Source of the DNA: Chrysomallon squamiferum
Lineage: Eukaryota; Animalia; Mollusca
DNA length: 64,000 bases
Reading direction: 5' to 3'
NCBI GenBank assembly: GCA_012295275.1
Contig: CM022672.1
Span: forward strand, 1,302,001-1,366,000
The position numbers were made by a program, and so were the translations under genes. Below are positions 1 through 14,654 of this stretch, one piece after another. The first letter of the stretch is position 1; the number at the start of each line of letters is the position of its first letter. A model generated the notes under the pieces. The model saw only the letters and a program-made list of their open reading frames with translations. It searched no databases and was not told the DNA's origin.

Positions 1-50
1 GATTCTAAGAACTCCTAGCAAAGAATGAGTCAGTTTCAGAGATCCGATCC

Positions 51-166
51 AGCTTTCTCTAAGTGAACTTTCTCTGAGTGAGCTTTCTGTAAGTGAGCTT
101 TCTCTAAGTGAACTTTCTCTAAGTGAGCTTTCTCTGAGTGAGCTTTCTCTGAGTGAACTTCCTCTC
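51..166. repeat. 15-bp minisatellite, ~7.7 copies, consensus A(G/A)CTTTCTCT(A/G)AGTG
   Basis: Units start at 51, 66, 81, 96, 111, 126, 141 and 156; explains the repetitive HSEKA/HLEKV ORF at 36-278. Confidence 0.95.
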
Positions 167-330
167 TTTGCCATTCTGACGTGGGAGTGGCCATTAAAAG
201 TCTGTCAATTAATGATTCAAGACAATTAATAATTGATATCCAATTAAACACAGTTTGTACACTGGATATTGTTTCCAATCAATTTGTTTTTGTCGTTTTC
301 GTCATGCCTGGTCAATGATCTCTTGTCGTG

Positions 331-362
<32 letters not shown>

Positions 363-1259
363 TCTAAAGATGTAGACAAATTTCTGTCGATATTTTCTTA
401 ATGAGTTCCAGTGTCATTTGTTTATAATATGACATGATTAGATACGTCGATATTTTGTACCTGTCATGTAGATATTGTGAAATCAGGTTCTTGCTTAGAT
501 TCAGTTTTTTATCTTTTTTCTTTTTCACATACTCACACATATTAGTACATACATACGTATATATATTCAGACAAGGGCGAGTCGATCATATACGTGTGTA
601 TGGATGTATTAGTAAGTGTGAGTATGTTAAAAAGAAAAAGAAAAGAAAGCAAAAGACTGATTCTGAGCAAGAACCAGATTTCACATAGATATGGATAAAT
701 TCATACATACCCATACGTGCATATATACATTTTAGATACGGGTTAAAATATGAAATAAATAAATATACATTTTTAAGTACAACATTATAAATGATTTGAT
801 TGTGGTTTACTAGTCAGGAACATTCAAAGGACAGTACAAAATGTGATTACAAATAACACTATCAGAGGGTTACACTGAGACGTTAGTTTTGTTCAGTTAG
901 TTTCAGCAGTGAAAGTAAAACCGATTCGTTATCCACAATGTACCGGCCTTACATCCGATGTAAGCTCGTAGTATTACAAAATTCATTCAGCGACTATACG
1001 TTACATTAGTCATTGTCATTTGTAGTTTATTTGCCATTCGCCACGTGTATTATTGTTTTTAGTTCGTGCACAATCATTATCAAGACCATACGGTACAACA
1101 TACATCATACCCAGGTAATTTCTCCCTTTAATGAACACTCAGCAGTAACGATCAGTTAACATATAAAATAAAAACTGCAATTTTCTTCTTCTTTTCCCCC
1201 CACCTTTTTCTTTCACAATACACTTATGCATTATTATTATTTTTATGTTTATGTGTCTA

Positions 1260-2228
1260 TTGAACTGGGAGCCTAAAATAGCCGCATTTTGCTAAAAATA
1301 CTCCACTCGTTTGCGTGGATATTCCCAATATTACACCTCCTCGGCCTGATTGGACAGGGAAGTGTCGATCATATTGACTTTGAAAAGCCTTCAACCGGTT
1401 GTTGAATTGCCGCTTTGCTGGACTCCGTTCCGTGGCTACTGGTTGTTTTCCCGTCTCAATCAGCCGATCACAGATTCCTCTCTCTCTCTCTGTGTGTGTG
1501 TATTATGTGTGGATCTGAACGAGACTTAGTTTTCTCTCCCTTGCTCCCCGACACACAGAGCACTACGAGTTTTCTCACCAAGCTGCGTGTATCGGCATTC
1601 TACGGTTACCGCTGTCTGTGTGCCGTACACTTAGCGCAGCGGTTGTTCGCGTTCATGTGTGACAGGGGATAAAATAAAAATATATTATATAAAAAAAAAG
1701 ATAAGAGAAACAGTATATCGTAAAAAAAAGAAAGAAAAAAGGTCTGTGCTGCTGTAACAGTTACGAGGAAGAAAGAAAGAAAGAAAGACGTTGCCAGCTA
1801 AGCGACGACGAAGTTCGATTGTGAATTTACAACACTGGTGGTAATCGTGCAGTTGAGAGGAGAAATTTATATTCTCTGTGTTTTATTTGGAATCTTCGAC
1901 TATTGATTGATTTCTCTTTTCTTTTAGTATATATATATTTTATTATTCTGAGAGTGGCGATCTGTCTGATGCTGTGAAAACAATGTGACTGGTGACAGGA
2001 AGAATAAGCAGAGGATTTTGTTCTTTGAACTTGTTGTTTCCGCGGATTTCACTCACACCTTGCTTGTTGTTTGTGATGATGTGAAGCATTTTGATCGAAC
2101 TGAGTGAGGCAAATGCTGGATAAACTTTCATTTGGAATACCGTTCTTTTGAAGAAGGTTTAATATATTTTTACTCTTTTCTCTGACTGCTTTCTGGATGG
2201 ACGGATATATATAATAACTGAGGTTGGT
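1260..2228 (+). promoter_or_regulatory. Candidate promoter plus non-coding first exon
   Basis: Repeat-poor, GC/CpG-richer island; reverse CCAAT box CTGATTGG at 1346-1353; MEF2-like CTAAAATAG/CTAAAAATA just upstream; ends at donor-like AG|GTTGGT (2223-2228), followed by AT-rich, repeat-rich DNA. Confidence 0.3.
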
Positions 2229-4379
2229 TTTTATAAAAATATTTTTTTTATTCACATTTGTAGTTTAAATTCATATTACTTCATTTACTACCCCAGTTGT
2301 CATGTCTATAATATTCACACTTAATATTCCTGACAATACTGTATAACTACCACTGCTACCACAACTTGTCCTACTACTACTACTTCTTCCTTCTTACTAT
2401 TACTACATCTTCTACTACTACTGCTGCTACTTGTACTACTACGAGTTCTACTATTACTACTACTCTTTTACTGCTATTACAGCAAGGAAGACTAAATCTC
2501 TATCTGCTACTACATCATCTACCATGTCACTTTTTTCTACTTTTACTACTACTACTGCTAGGAAGACTGTAACTATATCCTCTTTCTTAATGTAGCTCAG
2601 AAACGGGGTCAGCGATCTAAAGTATTAAGTTATATAGATGCAGGATGATACAGAATAAATGTATCAAAACAGTGGCTCGGAATCAACAATAGCAAGGTTC
2701 CAGGTAGCCGACTTTCTAACCGATATCTTTTTGTAAATGGTATTTCATTCATAAAGTACCGCACCTGAATAAAACACACTGTTATTTGCTTTTTATCAAA
2801 CTGGTCTTTATACACAGTTCTTAATAGGGTGTACTTTTAAAAAAAAAACTTTCTTATTTTATAAACTAATATAATCATAGAATAAAAAGGTGACCTACTA
2901 TTTCATCTAGTATGAAATATTAGCAGTTTGAAACATTTGAACATAGGCCCTTAAATGTTTTGACCCCACATGCTACATTCTAGAGCACGTAAAGTCGTTA
3001 TAAATCTGTTGTTATGCAAATTCGTTCATTCTTCTACAAAATTACACATGTAAAACAAATTAAGTGATATTATGTTCAAGATAAAACTGTTCAGGATCAG
3101 AGTTGGAGTTTCGTTGTCGAATCAATAAAGAATAATATAAATGTTTAGTGTACAGTCTGTTGTTTTTGTTTCTTGTTTTCGATGACAATTTAAAAATTTT
3201 TGAGAAGCAGTACAGCAAAGTATGCAGTCAGATTTTGTTTTTAAACTCAACGCTTTTTGTGAAAATATTTTAATGGTTAATATCTTTGGCTAATGTCTCT
3301 TAATGTGGTTGACTAACAATAACGCTTATGGACAATTTTACATCGTTTGTTTCGTGTAATATTTATTTTTGCGATAAAGTCCCGAAGGTGAATGACACAG
3401 AAACAGTTGAGCAGTTTTTCAGTGAAATCCACGGCTTCGACATTTATATGACAACAAATACTTCTAACAATTACACTAAAACGTTTTCACTGTCTGTTAT
3501 CTGTATTTTCTACAACTTTGGCAAATATTTGAAATTTATTTCATCTGTGTATGCCTAAACCACCGAATAACCTATCATCGATTTTTTTTTTCTTTAATGA
3601 GTTGACCATAAACATTTGTTGCAATATGAACACACACAAAGGAATGGACTTACATCTAAAACGTAAACAACGCACGGTAATGCATTTAAAAACTACATGG
3701 GATTTGTTTTTTTTGTTGTTGTAAAGCATTTCATAGAAATATAAATATGATTCGTTTGTATCGTTTTAGAGTCAGTTTCTAGTAACTTTACTGCCTACAT
3801 ATCAAATCTTTCGTTATGCTATATGATTTATGTGCAACCCATTTTTAGGTATATGTACACAATAGAAACATGATTCATCCGCAACCTTATCCTTTTGTTA
3901 CCTCGTATAGTTAACAGTAACTGAAAACTAACCACTTTGCGATCCCGTGTATCTGTTTAACAGGTTACCCTTATTCATATAAACGTTTTTATTAAGATTC
4001 TAGCATTTCCATTCAGTGTTATAAAACCAGCCTGGTCTTATCACATTAAAGAGAGCCTGTGTTTGTAAACTACACACAGCGAAATAGCGGTGTAAGAAGC
4101 GTCTTTAGTTACGCATATTGGCAAAATAATAATCACCTTTGGGGGCTGATTTGACTAATGATCAAAGCGAAGGTAAATTATTTTATGTAGGAAGTGTAAA
4201 CGTAGTGGTATTTTTCATCATTAGGAATTCCTTTTTCAGTCAGTTTTATATAACATATTAGCGAGGTTTTTTTTGTTGCTGTTGTAGTTCAGTATTGTTT
4301 TTATATCACAATTTTTTTTATATCATATTCGATTAGTACATTTAATCATTTTAATATGTCGTATTCAGAGAATTGTTTT

Positions 4380-4612
4380 GATATCACATTCAGCCAGATT
4401 TATATAGATTACATTCAGCAAGTTTAATATGCCACCTCCAGCCACATTAATGTGATCTAAATTACATTTACCCAATTATATACATATCATATTCTGTGAA
4501 TTTTATATATGACATTCAGCAAGTTTTATATATGCAAGTTTTATATATGACATTCAGCAAGTTTTATATATGACATTCAGCGAGATATAATAATGCTACA
4601 TTCAGCCTGTTT
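4380..4612. repeat. Degenerate ~23-24-bp minisatellite, core ATGACATTCAGCAAGTTTTATAT
   Basis: ACATTCAGC recurs about six times between ~4387 and ~4606 with near-identical flanks in the central copies. Confidence 0.8.
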
Positions 4613-5954
4613 TACATCTCATTTGTTTGTTGTTTTTTCCTTGGATTTGTATTTTTATTTTTATTTTTTATTATTTTATTGTTTATCTTTTATTTTTTCA
4701 CAGAAGTTAGGAATTATTACATTATATGAAACATAATTTTTTTAACGATTTTGAAAGCGTTTTAATATGTTCTTTGACACAAAGGCGTCTATGTTGTTCT
4801 TGACGTAATGTGGCCAAATGTTAAAATATTTCTTTCTTCAGTTCAAAACAATTTTTTTTCCTCTTGTGTTGAAAACTAAAGTATTTAAATACAATTTCTC
4901 GAATTTTTTCCTTGAAATTATGGGCTGTTTTTAAATAACTGCATAATATGTATATTCATCTGACCTAATTATGTCTAATTCAAACTTGCTGTTTTAAAAT
5001 ATTGATCCATGTAAAATTATATTCCGCACATTAACTCATAAAATATATTTCTAGCCATATATCTTTCTGTGTGTGTGTATGTGCGTGTGCGCATGTATGT
5101 ATGTATGTATCATGTACTCATGTACATATGTGTATGTGTCCTTGCAGACATGTATATAACAAAAATATATATATATATGTGTGTTTTGTGTATGTATAGA
5201 TGTATGTATCTATGTATGTAAGTGTGTGTGAATGTATTTTCATACGTGAAATATAGGTAAATACTTATTTAAATGTGGCGTGTATATTTATGTAAATAAA
5301 CAGAGATTTACAGAGAAAAACTGACAAATATGTTATGAGAAACATACGTTCAGATTGTATATTCATTTTATTTATTACTGTTTGTTTGTTTGTTTGTGTG
5401 TTTATCCATATTTTTGTGCTTGTTGATACAGTATCTGTTGTTATATGATAATGAATTTCATCACCACTGACATGAATATGCGAGGGTTCTCTGGTATGTT
5501 TATTTGTTTGTGTACTTGTTTGTCAATAAAAGCGCATTTTAAGCAATGCATGTTTCCGATATAACCATATATAGTTCTTTCGTAGTTGTGTATACGTATT
5601 TGGAAATAACACACACTCATTAATTTTGTTTCTATATATATATATATATATTATGAGAAACATACGTATTATATTTGTACGTAAGTATATACATTTGTTT
5701 ATATATATATATTTGTATATATATATATACACAAAATATATATACTTACATATATACAGTATGTACGTGAGTATGTAATATATGTTTGTTGTAACTACAA
5801 CAAAAATCAAAGGTACATCAGCTGCACTAAACTCACTACTAGCTCATTCATTCTACTCCTACTAATCAGAACAGGAATTACTATGCTGTTACCATTACTA
5901 AGACAATTGTTACTGCAATTATATTATAATTATTACTAACATATTGTTACAACT

Positions 5955-6003
5955 ACTACTGCTGCTACTAATACAACTGCCACTGCTGCTGCTATTGCTG
6001 CTG

Positions 6004-6065
<62 letters not shown>

Positions 6066-6132
6066 GATGCTGCTGCTGCTGCTTCTACTATTACTTTTAT
6101 TACTGCTGCTTGAATCCTTATATTACTTCTTT

Positions 6133-6174
<42 letters not shown>

Positions 6175-6175
6175 A
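5955..6175. repeat. (TAC)n/(TGC)n trinucleotide microsatellite
   Basis: Directly visible; yields poly-L/Y/V/S pseudo-ORFs. Confidence 0.95.
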
Positions 6176-6561
6176 GTCTTTCCACAAACATCACCGTCAT
6201 CATAATAGCCGGTCTCAACAATAGCTTCGTGAAATAACACATTTTCCACCACTCCCTATGACTATAAATAGACAAATGTCCTCACATTGTTACTCGATTC
6301 CTGTGAAGTCTAAATATAGAAGCCCTCCCTTCTTCCTGCTCTATTATTTTCCTATTTATTACAGTTACATCCTGCACGAGCACCTCTTTCATTACTTTAT
6401 TATCTATTTCTATTCTATTTGGTTTACTTTTAGTTTATTTTTTAAATATCAGTCTTGAGAATTTATTTTGTCTTTGTTCCAGGCTTTTTTTTTTTTTTTT
6501 TTTTCTCTCTTTTTCTGACACATTTTGAACACTGATAGTTCCGCCAGCTTTAGCGTTCTCC

Positions 6562-6592
<31 letters not shown>

Positions 6593-6725
6593 TGTTCCTC
6601 TCGAGTTACGAGTATTTTAAAAATACATAACTTTGTCATTGGTTTCTTCAAAATGTATGGGACTAGTAAAACGAAAGTTTTAACGATATAACATAAAGTT
6701 CTCAAGATATCAATTTTTGGTGGGG

Positions 6726-6761
<36 letters not shown>

Positions 6762-7056
6762 TTATATTTATTATTATACAGTGTGACCTTTGTGAAAATA
6801 ATTTTGATGAACATAATTCATAACGCATATTATAAAAAGAAAGGGTTATAACAGAATAGAATAAAATAAATTTATGTATGTATGTATGTATGTATATATA
6901 TATGTATGTATGCATAACTGTATATTTATGTGTATGTATGGATGAATAAATGTATGTTTGTATGTATATATATATAGTTTTGCTGTGTACGTATGAATGT
7001 GTGTGTATTTGCATGTATTTACTATGAATGTACAAACAAAACAGAGCAAAACGAAA

Positions 7057-7095
<39 letters not shown>

Positions 7096-7544
7096 CAAAT
7101 TTTTGTATTTCTGGCATCCGATGTATGTCATACTGTTTATCTATGTATTTGTAGCTGAATATTTAAAAAATAACATTTATTTATCTCATTTTCTTTCTCT
7201 CTCTCTCTACACCACGCACACGCACACACACACACATACTCACACACACAATATATATATATACTAATGAGTGCAGGCAGATGATAAACCTATCAATTTA
7301 TAATCATATTTGAAAAATATTTGTAGTCAAAGAGTTTTTCTGACATTTTGAAAATTGTCTGCCACTGAAGTATTTATTGTCTATGGGCTGGAAATATGCG
7401 TTAACCAAAAGGCAATAAAACACAGGGTGAAAAGGAACCAGCTGTCGCCAAAGATAAGTAATTAAGCAGATTTATGTGCAGTTTCTCAGTTCATTCAGAG
7501 CCCTTTTTTTCTCTTTTAATTATAAAACACATCGATGAGAATTA

Positions 7545-7860
7545 TGTAAGTATGTAAGTATGTAATTGTGTATGGACGTGTGTATGTATGTATGTATGTG
7601 TTTGTATGTATGTGTGTGTGTAGGTATGTTTGTGTGTGTATGTATGTGTGTATGTGTATATGCAAGTTTGTATGTGGGTATGTAAGTATGTATATATGTA
7701 TGCATGTATGTGTGTATGCTTGTGTCTCTGTATGTATATGTTTGTATGTATGTATATATATATGTATGTATGGATGGATGGATGGATGGATGTATGTATG
7801 GATGGATGGATGGATCTGAATGTACGTATCGGTATGTGGATATGAATACGTATGTATGAA
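7545..7860. repeat. Compound (TATG)n/(TG)n/(GGAT)n microsatellite
   Basis: Directly visible. Confidence 0.9.
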
Positions 7861-8590
7861 TAACAGAGCGTATGTGTTTGTCCATATCGTGCACACGATC
7901 ACACAACATGAGAAAATTCAGAAAGGTTTCAAGTCTTCAAAGCGAGTGAAAGAGAGGGGGGAGAGCTGCAGTGTACAATACCTTTGTAAAATGCACTGAG
8001 CACCCTTTTGCCTCGAATAATTCAAAGAAACGCCCCTTTCATCTTAAATTACTGAATGACAGAGTGTGTCACCGCACACCACTTGTAATAAAAGAAATTT
8101 CCCTTTCAATGGTCACCATGTACTTTAGAACTGCACAGGCCAGTTTCATGTGAAAAAAAGACGTCGTTCATTGTATGACGATGCCGCTTCTTTGTGCACT
8201 GCTAAAACAGCGCTGTCGTTGTGCAGCTACGCGGTTCAGCTTGGACGTATTACAGCACAGTGGCGAGGCGTGATGGATCGCCCGAACGTTTCCCTTTCAT
8301 GCGCTGACAGAGCTATTTCCCGTTTCAGTTTTTCTGTATAAGGAAGGGTGCGTAGAGATATATACACACACATCGATGGATGATCAGATACAGAAATATC
8401 CATACGGAGGGATAAACAGATGGACTGGTAGACTGACGGAGACAGACATGTGTATGTTTTCACGTCTGTCTCTATCAGCACATCAGCCTGTTTGACTATC
8501 CGTCCGTGTAAATATTTTTTTATCTGATTATGTCTCTAGCCATCCGTCTCTGTATGACTGTGTGCATATTATAACTACATATATTCATAC

Positions 8591-8708
<118 letters not shown>

Positions 8709-10022
8709 GAACTGAAAAAAATAGAAAGACATGCATATACATATTACTGATTTTTTGTGTTATAATCTTAACCGTCACTTTATTTAATTCTCTTAATGTT
8801 CCACACCTTTTCACCACACGTCCACACATCTGAATCCACTTGTTGGACATATATTCAAGGTACGAAAAAGGAAACATTTTCATTGAACGCTATTACTGCG
8901 AAGAAATTATTAAATACAATACGGTACTGACTGAACTGAATTTTGCAGTGAAAGCTTTGTGCAGGTGTTGTGTAATGAAGACTGCAGTACCAGAAACAAC
9001 ATCTTCAACAACAACAAGAAGTAAAAATAATAACACAACAACAACAACATAAATAATACCACAAACAACACCATCACCAATAGTAGCAGTAGTAGAAGTA
9101 ATAGTAATAATAATAATAATAATAATAATATACGGTCAAAACATATGCTTCTATTGTTAGATCTGTTGCTGCTGCTGCTACCTTTGTTGTTGTTATGCCA
9201 AACTATTTACACAGATTTGAAGAAAACAGATTCACTTATTAGTGTCAGGTAAAGACCTATTACCGCTACAACTGTTCGCGGACTAACAGAACATCTGTAA
9301 TGCATTTCAGTGTTATGGGCTCGCTGAAGCGTTTTCATGTAGGTCAAATACCAGCTTCCGTACCACGGGTCATTTGAGAGGGGAGGTCAAGTGTCAGAGG
9401 AGGTCAAACTGGAGGCATATTTTGAAAGAGAATATGTTTACCATGTTTATCTAGATCTGTTTGCGCTGAGAGCTTTATAACAAGAGGAGTGATGGGCGGC
9501 GGGTTTTAGGATCGCTGACTGAAGGTGGACGGTAGATAAACATTCCTAAGCTAGCGTAGATTACAAAAATAATAATAAAATAAAATAGTAAAAAAGAAAT
9601 TAGAAAGAATAAATAAAAAAAATAAAAAGTCAAAAAGAAAGATAGAAGAAAAATTAAGTCCTTTATTTGATACGTTTTATATCGACTGTCTGAGGCGAGT
9701 ACTGTTTAACTTGCAAGTGGTTACCATGGAAACATATGCAAATAATGTGAATGTACATTTTTTTGTTGTTGTAAAGTTTGCAGCAGGTGTTAACGTGTAA
9801 CTGAAAGAAAATGTTTGTTTGTTTTTTTTTTTTTCTTTTTTTTTTTTTCATGTTTCTATCTGATTGCAACAGAATGAGCAAAACTGAAAACAGAAATAGC
9901 TATCAATATTACTTCTACTTCTACTAGTACTACTAGACAACAAGAACAAAACAATTGCTACTACTATTCCAGCTGCTGCTGTTTCTTTTACTACCAATAT
10001 TACTTCTACTGGTACACGTGTT

Positions 10023-10075
10023 ACAACAACAACAACAACAACAACAACAATTACTACTACTATTACTACTACTAT

Positions 10076-10137
<62 letters not shown>

Positions 10138-10138
10138 T

Positions 10139-10170
<32 letters not shown>

Positions 10171-10190
10171 TTACTACTACTGCTATTACT
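10023..10190. repeat. (CAA)n followed by (TAC)n microsatellite
   Basis: Directly visible. Confidence 0.95.
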
Positions 10191-10443
10191 GCAGTTGCTG
10201 CTGGTAAATAAAAAACATAATAAAGATGAGAGTGCATAGCGCGTTCCTGCCTTTAGGCATTTATTAATGTAGGTAACACATTAACAATCACTGTTTTTTA
10301 GAAAAGATTGCTAACATGACAGATAATATAGTATACTCTTGTATTCAGACAGATTCGATATCAAATCCAGTGTGCAGAAAAATGTTTTATTTATTTGTTC
10401 AGATTTCATTACTTTGTATGCAGTTTCCTGTGAAGCAGACGAC

Positions 10444-10486
<43 letters not shown>

Positions 10487-10812
10487 ATAAAGAAACGAGA
10501 CAGCGGGATGTTTACATTATCACCTTGGATTGAATTCCTTTTGCTAAAAGCAAATCCTCGTTTATTATGAATACATCGCCAGCTTCTTGGAAATCAGTAT
10601 AGATTTAGCATCAAGGAATCAAACTGATTTGTCGATAACGCGCGATGTGTTGTCTGCTGTTGTCCAAATAAAATGGTCACAGAGAGGAAGTCGGCAGGCG
10701 ATTTAAAACCGCATTTTGAAACAGACACCGCGTGATCTTGTAACGTGAATGTTTTTCAAAGTAAAGACGTGGTAATGAAGTGAGATGAATCCCGGTTCCA
10801 CTGATAGTTGTT

Positions 10813-10923
<111 letters not shown>

Positions 10924-12211
10924 ATTCTATAAATGTATGTGTGTATGTATATATTAAAAAATATAAAATCATTAATGATTTATTATTGTTGGATACAAAA
11001 AAAAATAGAGCAAACCAGACATATAGAGAAAGACACACAGACAGACAGACAATGTTAAACAAAAAGACAATGAAGGCAGATAAATATATGTAAAGTAAGA
11101 ATCAAACTGAAAAAATAAAATCATTAGTAAATAATTATTTTTGCAACGTTAAACTAAAAGACAATGCAAGCCAGATATATTTTATTCCTGGCATTTTGAA
11201 TAAAGAGAATCAGAAACCATTTCGGTACCATTTTATATAATGACTCACAATACAAACACTATGTCTTCAGCTAAACATACAAATTAATTTTATCTCTCTT
11301 TTTTTTTTCTTTTTTAACGTGTGTTGTGCATTTATATCACATGAAAATAATGTACTGCTGTAATTGTAGAAATCACTGCCTTGCCAGACACAAATTGTCT
11401 AAGAAAAAACAATTTAGTCCTGCAAAAGTAATGTGATATTTAATGTCTTGAATTTATTTTTTAAATGAGTGTTATAACCATAAAACACATTATAACCTAT
11501 TACGTTTTATGACCGCATGCACAATGCTTTAGTACCTAGAAAACAGTAAGTACATATAAATAATCAAACTAATACATGTACAAATAATACCCACAGTTCT
11601 GCGGTATTTTCTTATATAATCTAATATTATTTTATTCCATACGTTACTATGTTATATCATTTTATATCATAAGTATATTATATTATATTATATATTACAT
11701 TGCATTGCATTGCTTTTCATTATATTAATATATTGCATTATATTACATTACAAAAATTACAAATTCTACATAACCACAAAACAAAATTAATATTATTAAA
11801 GACATAAAAATCTTCAAACGCATATCAATATCTACTAAATTTTCATAAATCATTGTTGTACCTTTTTTTTTTTCCTTCGTTGTTTTTTTTTTCTTCTCCA
11901 CTTTTTTTATAATAATATTCACTGAAGACAGACAAGTGTGTCTCTTGTCTTTGTCTTACCAGAACACAGTTGGAATCATCACTTTACTTTTAAACAGCAG
12001 TAAAAATCTGTGTGTTGCTTCTCTTCGCTTTCTTTCCACTTTCGTGTGCCGCTGCAGAAACTAATCAAGATGAGCGGGTATTTTCACTCAGGCAGCTTGT
12101 GTCTGTCTGCAGGACAATTAAAACTTCTCTGATTAAGTCACGCAACAATCGTTCATGATGAATGCGTAACACACTTTGATCACGTCTCTCTCTGTCGTGC
12201 GTAACTCTGGC

Positions 12212-12625
12212 ATGTATGTATGTATGTATGTATGTATGTATGTATGTATGTATGTGTGTGTATGTATGTATGTGACTGTGTGTGAGTCTGTGTGTGAATT
12301 TAATTTAAATATATCTGCAATTTGCAAAATATATTTGTAAGCATAATAAGTATATATGTATATGTCTGCATGTATCTGTATGTATGCCAGGTATGTATTT
12401 ATTTATTTATGTATGTATGTATGTATGTATGTATGTATTTATTTATTTATGTATGTATGTATGTATGTATGTATGTGTGTGTATGTATTTATGTATGTAT
12501 GTATGTATGTATGTATTTATGTATGTATGTATGTGTGTGTGTATGTATGTATTTATTTATGTATCTATGTATGTGTGTATGTATGTGTGTATGTATGTAT
12601 GTATGTGTGTTTCTGTGTTTGTATA
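12212..12625. repeat. (TATG)n-dominated compound microsatellite region
   Basis: Directly visible; source of the YVCM/HTYI pseudo-ORFs. Confidence 0.92.
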
Positions 12626-12875
12626 ATTCTGTGTTCTGACATATATATATATAAAAACAAAGGTTGCTTCCTCTTGTTGCTCACTTCTACCACTCGTTTG
12701 TTTCCAGTTCTGTGATGTATTTTTAATTATTATTTTTTTTTATAGGGAAACTTATACCGTTCAGAGATTTATAGTCTCTGTCAAAATTAGTATTTCTTGA
12801 ATCTCTGTGAATTTGTGTGCGTGTGCGTGTGTGTTTGTGTCTCTCTATCTATATATATATGGGTGTGTGAGTGTA

Positions 12876-12916
<41 letters not shown>

Positions 12917-13809
12917 TGTATTAGTATGTGTATATAGTTTGTACAAATAACATTTTTCTTTTAAATATTTTTGTGCCTGTATTATTTATATATACATATA
13001 CAGATTCCTATTAACGTTGTTATTTTTATAAGTTCATGAACAGTAAATGCATTTTAACCATAACTCCAAGCTTTACTAATAACAAAGTAAGAAAACTGTA
13101 ATTCATGTAACACAAACGCGACGAGTTTACCTCATAACCTTTTCCAGCTTTACCACACAGGACTACGTATCATGTTTAATATCCCTTTATTTTATTATAG
13201 TTCTCACACTCATATATACTGGAAATAAACTAAATATTTGGCTGAAGTCAGATTTATTTTTATACGTGTGTGTGTAAAATAACACCAGGACGGTATTAAT
13301 TACTATTCGAAAAACGAAAAAGGAATGATCTGTCTGATGATATCATCTAAAAAAAATGTTTTCCATTGTTTTGTTTTGTTTGTTTTTTTAATCTGGTACA
13401 TTGTTGTGACAGCATACTTATTTGTGTTGATCAAATCACATTCAGTTTGTTGTTGTTGTTGTTGTTGGTGTCGTCATTAACATAACGTGGTAGAGGGCAT
13501 TGTTCAGACGTGTTTGTGTCATTATTAATTTTTTGTATTTTACAGCACGACTTGTTGTTTGCTGATTAATTCAGTCAGCTGGAACATTCCACCAACAAAA
13601 CATCTTTAACACCACGACTCACTCACTCTTTGCCGAACTGACACAGGAAACACCCGCAGAAATAGAAGGTAAATTATTATTATTATTATTATTAGTAGTA
13701 GTAGTAGTAGTAGTATAGATGAAGTCGATGTTCTGGCGTTGAAGATGATGATATTATTATTGTTCGTATTGTTATTGTTTGTTTTCTGTTACTTTTTATC
13801 TGTTTTATC

Positions 13810-14023
13810 TAGTAGTACTGCTGCTAGTACTACTATTACTACTACTACTACTACCACTATTGCTACAGCGACCATTACTACTACAACTACTACCATTATT
13901 ACTGTTACTATTACTACTGCTATCACGTCTATTGATACCACTACTACTACAACTACTATTATTACTACCACAACTACAATTACTATTACTACTACTAACT
14001 ACTATTACCACTACTAGTTTTTT

Positions 14024-14073
<50 letters not shown>

Positions 14074-14100
14074 TTACTATTACTATTACTATTACTACTA
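13810..14100. repeat. Degenerate (TAC/TAT)n microsatellite
   Basis: Directly visible. Confidence 0.92.
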
Positions 14101-14611
14101 TCATAGTTATCGATATTTTCATTACAGCTGAATAATTTTCTATCTTCTGTCATTTTTCTAATATGCTATTTATTTTTTATCAGAAAATAAATAAACATAA
14201 ATATAATATTCTTACTTCAATGAAATCCTCATTTCCGCTAACTTCATGTCACTTATTATTACATTTAAATCATTCTATGATCAATAGAATAAAGAAATAT
14301 ATATAAATAAAAATAATAATGATAATAAAAAAATATATAAATTAAATAGCATGGCTGTCAGTAAATTGATTTTAAACGCACTTTGTTATAAAATGCTAAT
14401 ACATGTATGCAGGTCAGCAACTTCAGTCGATTCTATTCAACATAATAAAGCACGCGAAAAGTTTACTATCGATTCCCATTTAATAAAACATTTTTTTTAT
14501 AAGCATTAGAAATTCAGTTATAAATGTCATAACCTTAAAACATAAATACATAAATGAATGAATAAATAAATAAATAATCTGATAAACAATACAAACAAAC
14601 AAACAAACTAA

Positions 14612-14654
<43 letters not shown>

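Noticed and set aside
36-278. 80-aa ORF with His/Glu/Lys pentapeptide repeats
   Set aside because: Fully explained by the 15-bp minisatellite; no other coding evidence.
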